A DNA stretch of 52,121 bases, the filler included, from Raja brachyura (lineage: Eukaryota): NCBI GenBank assembly GCA_963514005.1. It is 3 parts of 3 records of this genome, joined end to end, with 100 filler letters (N's around TTAATTAATTAA, not from the genome) between each part and the next. Parts side by side here need not be neighbours in the genome. Positions count along the whole stretch, not along the records: positions 45,992 to 52,121 come from CAUPSL010000726.1; 2 more parts are not named here. The stretch is one strand, 5' to 3'. Shown here piece after piece: positions 50,930 to 52,121 of the stretch. The translations under genes and the position numbers were made by a program. The notes beneath the pieces are model-generated. The model had not been told where the DNA came from. It searched no databases and saw only the letters and a program-made list of their open reading frames with translations. Each line of letters starts with the position of its first letter. Within the stretch, counting starts at the first letter, position 1.

Positions 50930-51860
50930 TGCACGCATTTACGAGGATGTTGCCAGGGAGAGATTGAGCAGGCTGGGTCTCTATTCCTTAGAGCGCAGGA
51001 GGATGAGGGGTGATCTCATAGAGGTGTATAAAATCATGAGCGGAATAGATTCGGTAGACGCACATAGTCTCTTGCCCAGAGTAGGGGAATCGAGGACCAG
51101 AGGACATAGATTTAAGGTGAAGGGTAAAAGATTTAATAGGAATCTGAGGGGCAATTGTATACCTAGGTAATATACATACAGTGGTGCTGAAGGAAGACCA
51201 TTTAAAAGTAAAGTGGATAGGTATATGGACGGGAAGGGAATGGAGGGGTATGGTCTGAGTGCAGGTAGATGGTACTAGGGGAAAATAAATGGTCGGCACG
51301 GACTGGAAGGGCCGAGAGGGCCTGTTTCAGTGCTGTAATTGTTATATGGTTACTTGGTTAAAATCCTACTCACAGCTGGCAGAAAGGCCATTACAAGAAA
51401 CTGGCTTGGAGCCGACACACCCAGTCTTAGACAATGGCTACACATAGTACAGGAAATATTTATCATGGAGAAAGTGACATATATTCGAAGAGTGAAAGAC
51501 GTGTTTAACAGAAAATGGGAAAAATGGATTAGGTATAGAAACAAAGACATCAACTGTATCATTTTATTGACAATAATGTAAGTTATTGGAAAATGTTTTA
51601 ATATGAAAATAGTTCTGTATACTGCTTTAATTGTAAACTGAAGCCCCCGCTATACCGCTACAAAGCAATAGAAACTAAAGTGGAAAAAGGAATCTGAGGG
51701 GCAACATTTTCAAGTTGGTGGTGGGTGTATGGAACAAGCTGCCAAAGGAGGTAGTTGAGGCTGGGACTATCCCAACGTTTAGGCGGGTACATGGATAGGA
51801 CGGGTTTGGAGGGACATGGGCCAAACGCGGTCAGGTGGGACTAGTGTAGGTGGGGCATAT
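50930..51860 (+). mobile_element. CR1 3' fragment split by an L1 3' end (51155-51687, 17-bp TSD) that itself contains a CR1 tail (51199-51350)
   Basis: AGGAATCTGAGGGGCAA is duplicated at 51138-51154 and 51688-51704; L1 peptide YLGNIHTVVLKED//YLVKILLTAGRKAITRNWL. Confidence 0.8.
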
Positions 51861-52004
51861 AACCAGACGGTCGGAGATTTTGTGGGGACGCTTTTTTAAT
51901 TGAAGATTTTTGAGGGGAATATTTACATTCAAAGAGAAACTGATACGACGTTCACTTTAGAACGGGGTGGAATGGGCCAACGCGACTTTGTGATCCATTG
52001 GAGC

Positions 52005-52121
52005 AGCAGTCTAGTTGCAGCCTCACAGTGCCGGAGACCCAGGATCGATCCTGACCACGGGCGCTGTCTTTACGGAGTTTGCACGCTCTCCCTGTGACCA
52101 CCTGGGTTTTCTCCGGGTTCC
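52005..52121 (+). mobile_element. V-SINE 5' part running off the window
   Basis: GCCTCACAGTGCCGGAGACCCAGGATCGATCCTGACC...GGAGTTTGCACG...GGGTTTTCTCCGGG. Confidence 0.8.

Overview
This is eukaryotic DNA from a cartilaginous fish, most likely a skate or ray (inferred from the Hox proteins and the HE1/V-SINE, CR1 and Penelope repeat set). The window holds three scaffolds joined by two identical artificial 100-bp linkers (44 N + TTAATTAATTAA + 44 N, at 27467-27566 and 45892-45991). Block 1 (1-27466) is a transposon-free part of the HoxA cluster on the minus strand. It carries intact two-exon HoxA6, HoxA5 and HoxA4 plus the HoxA4-HoxA3 intergenic region. Recognisable cis-elements are a 5' DR5 RARE, a 3' RARE-like site with a 4-bp spacer, the intronic HB-1 element, the HoxA5|6 CTCF site, a HoxA4 uORF ending in a TAATG stop-start overlap, and candidate HoxA3 non-coding exons. 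Block 2 (27567-45891) is dense in decayed retroelements (L1, CR1, Penelope-like, V-SINE) and contains one intact TRBV30-like T-cell receptor V segment with an RSS. Block 3 (45992-52121) is nested SINE/LINE debris and includes a hammerhead-like motif. The Hox-transposon-TCR adjacency is an assembly artefact. I found no wholly new gene system. The best leads are the HoxA4 stop-start uORF, the DR4-spaced RARE, the solitary TRBV30-like segment with a 24-bp RSS spacer, and a CR1 family found only inside L1 copies.
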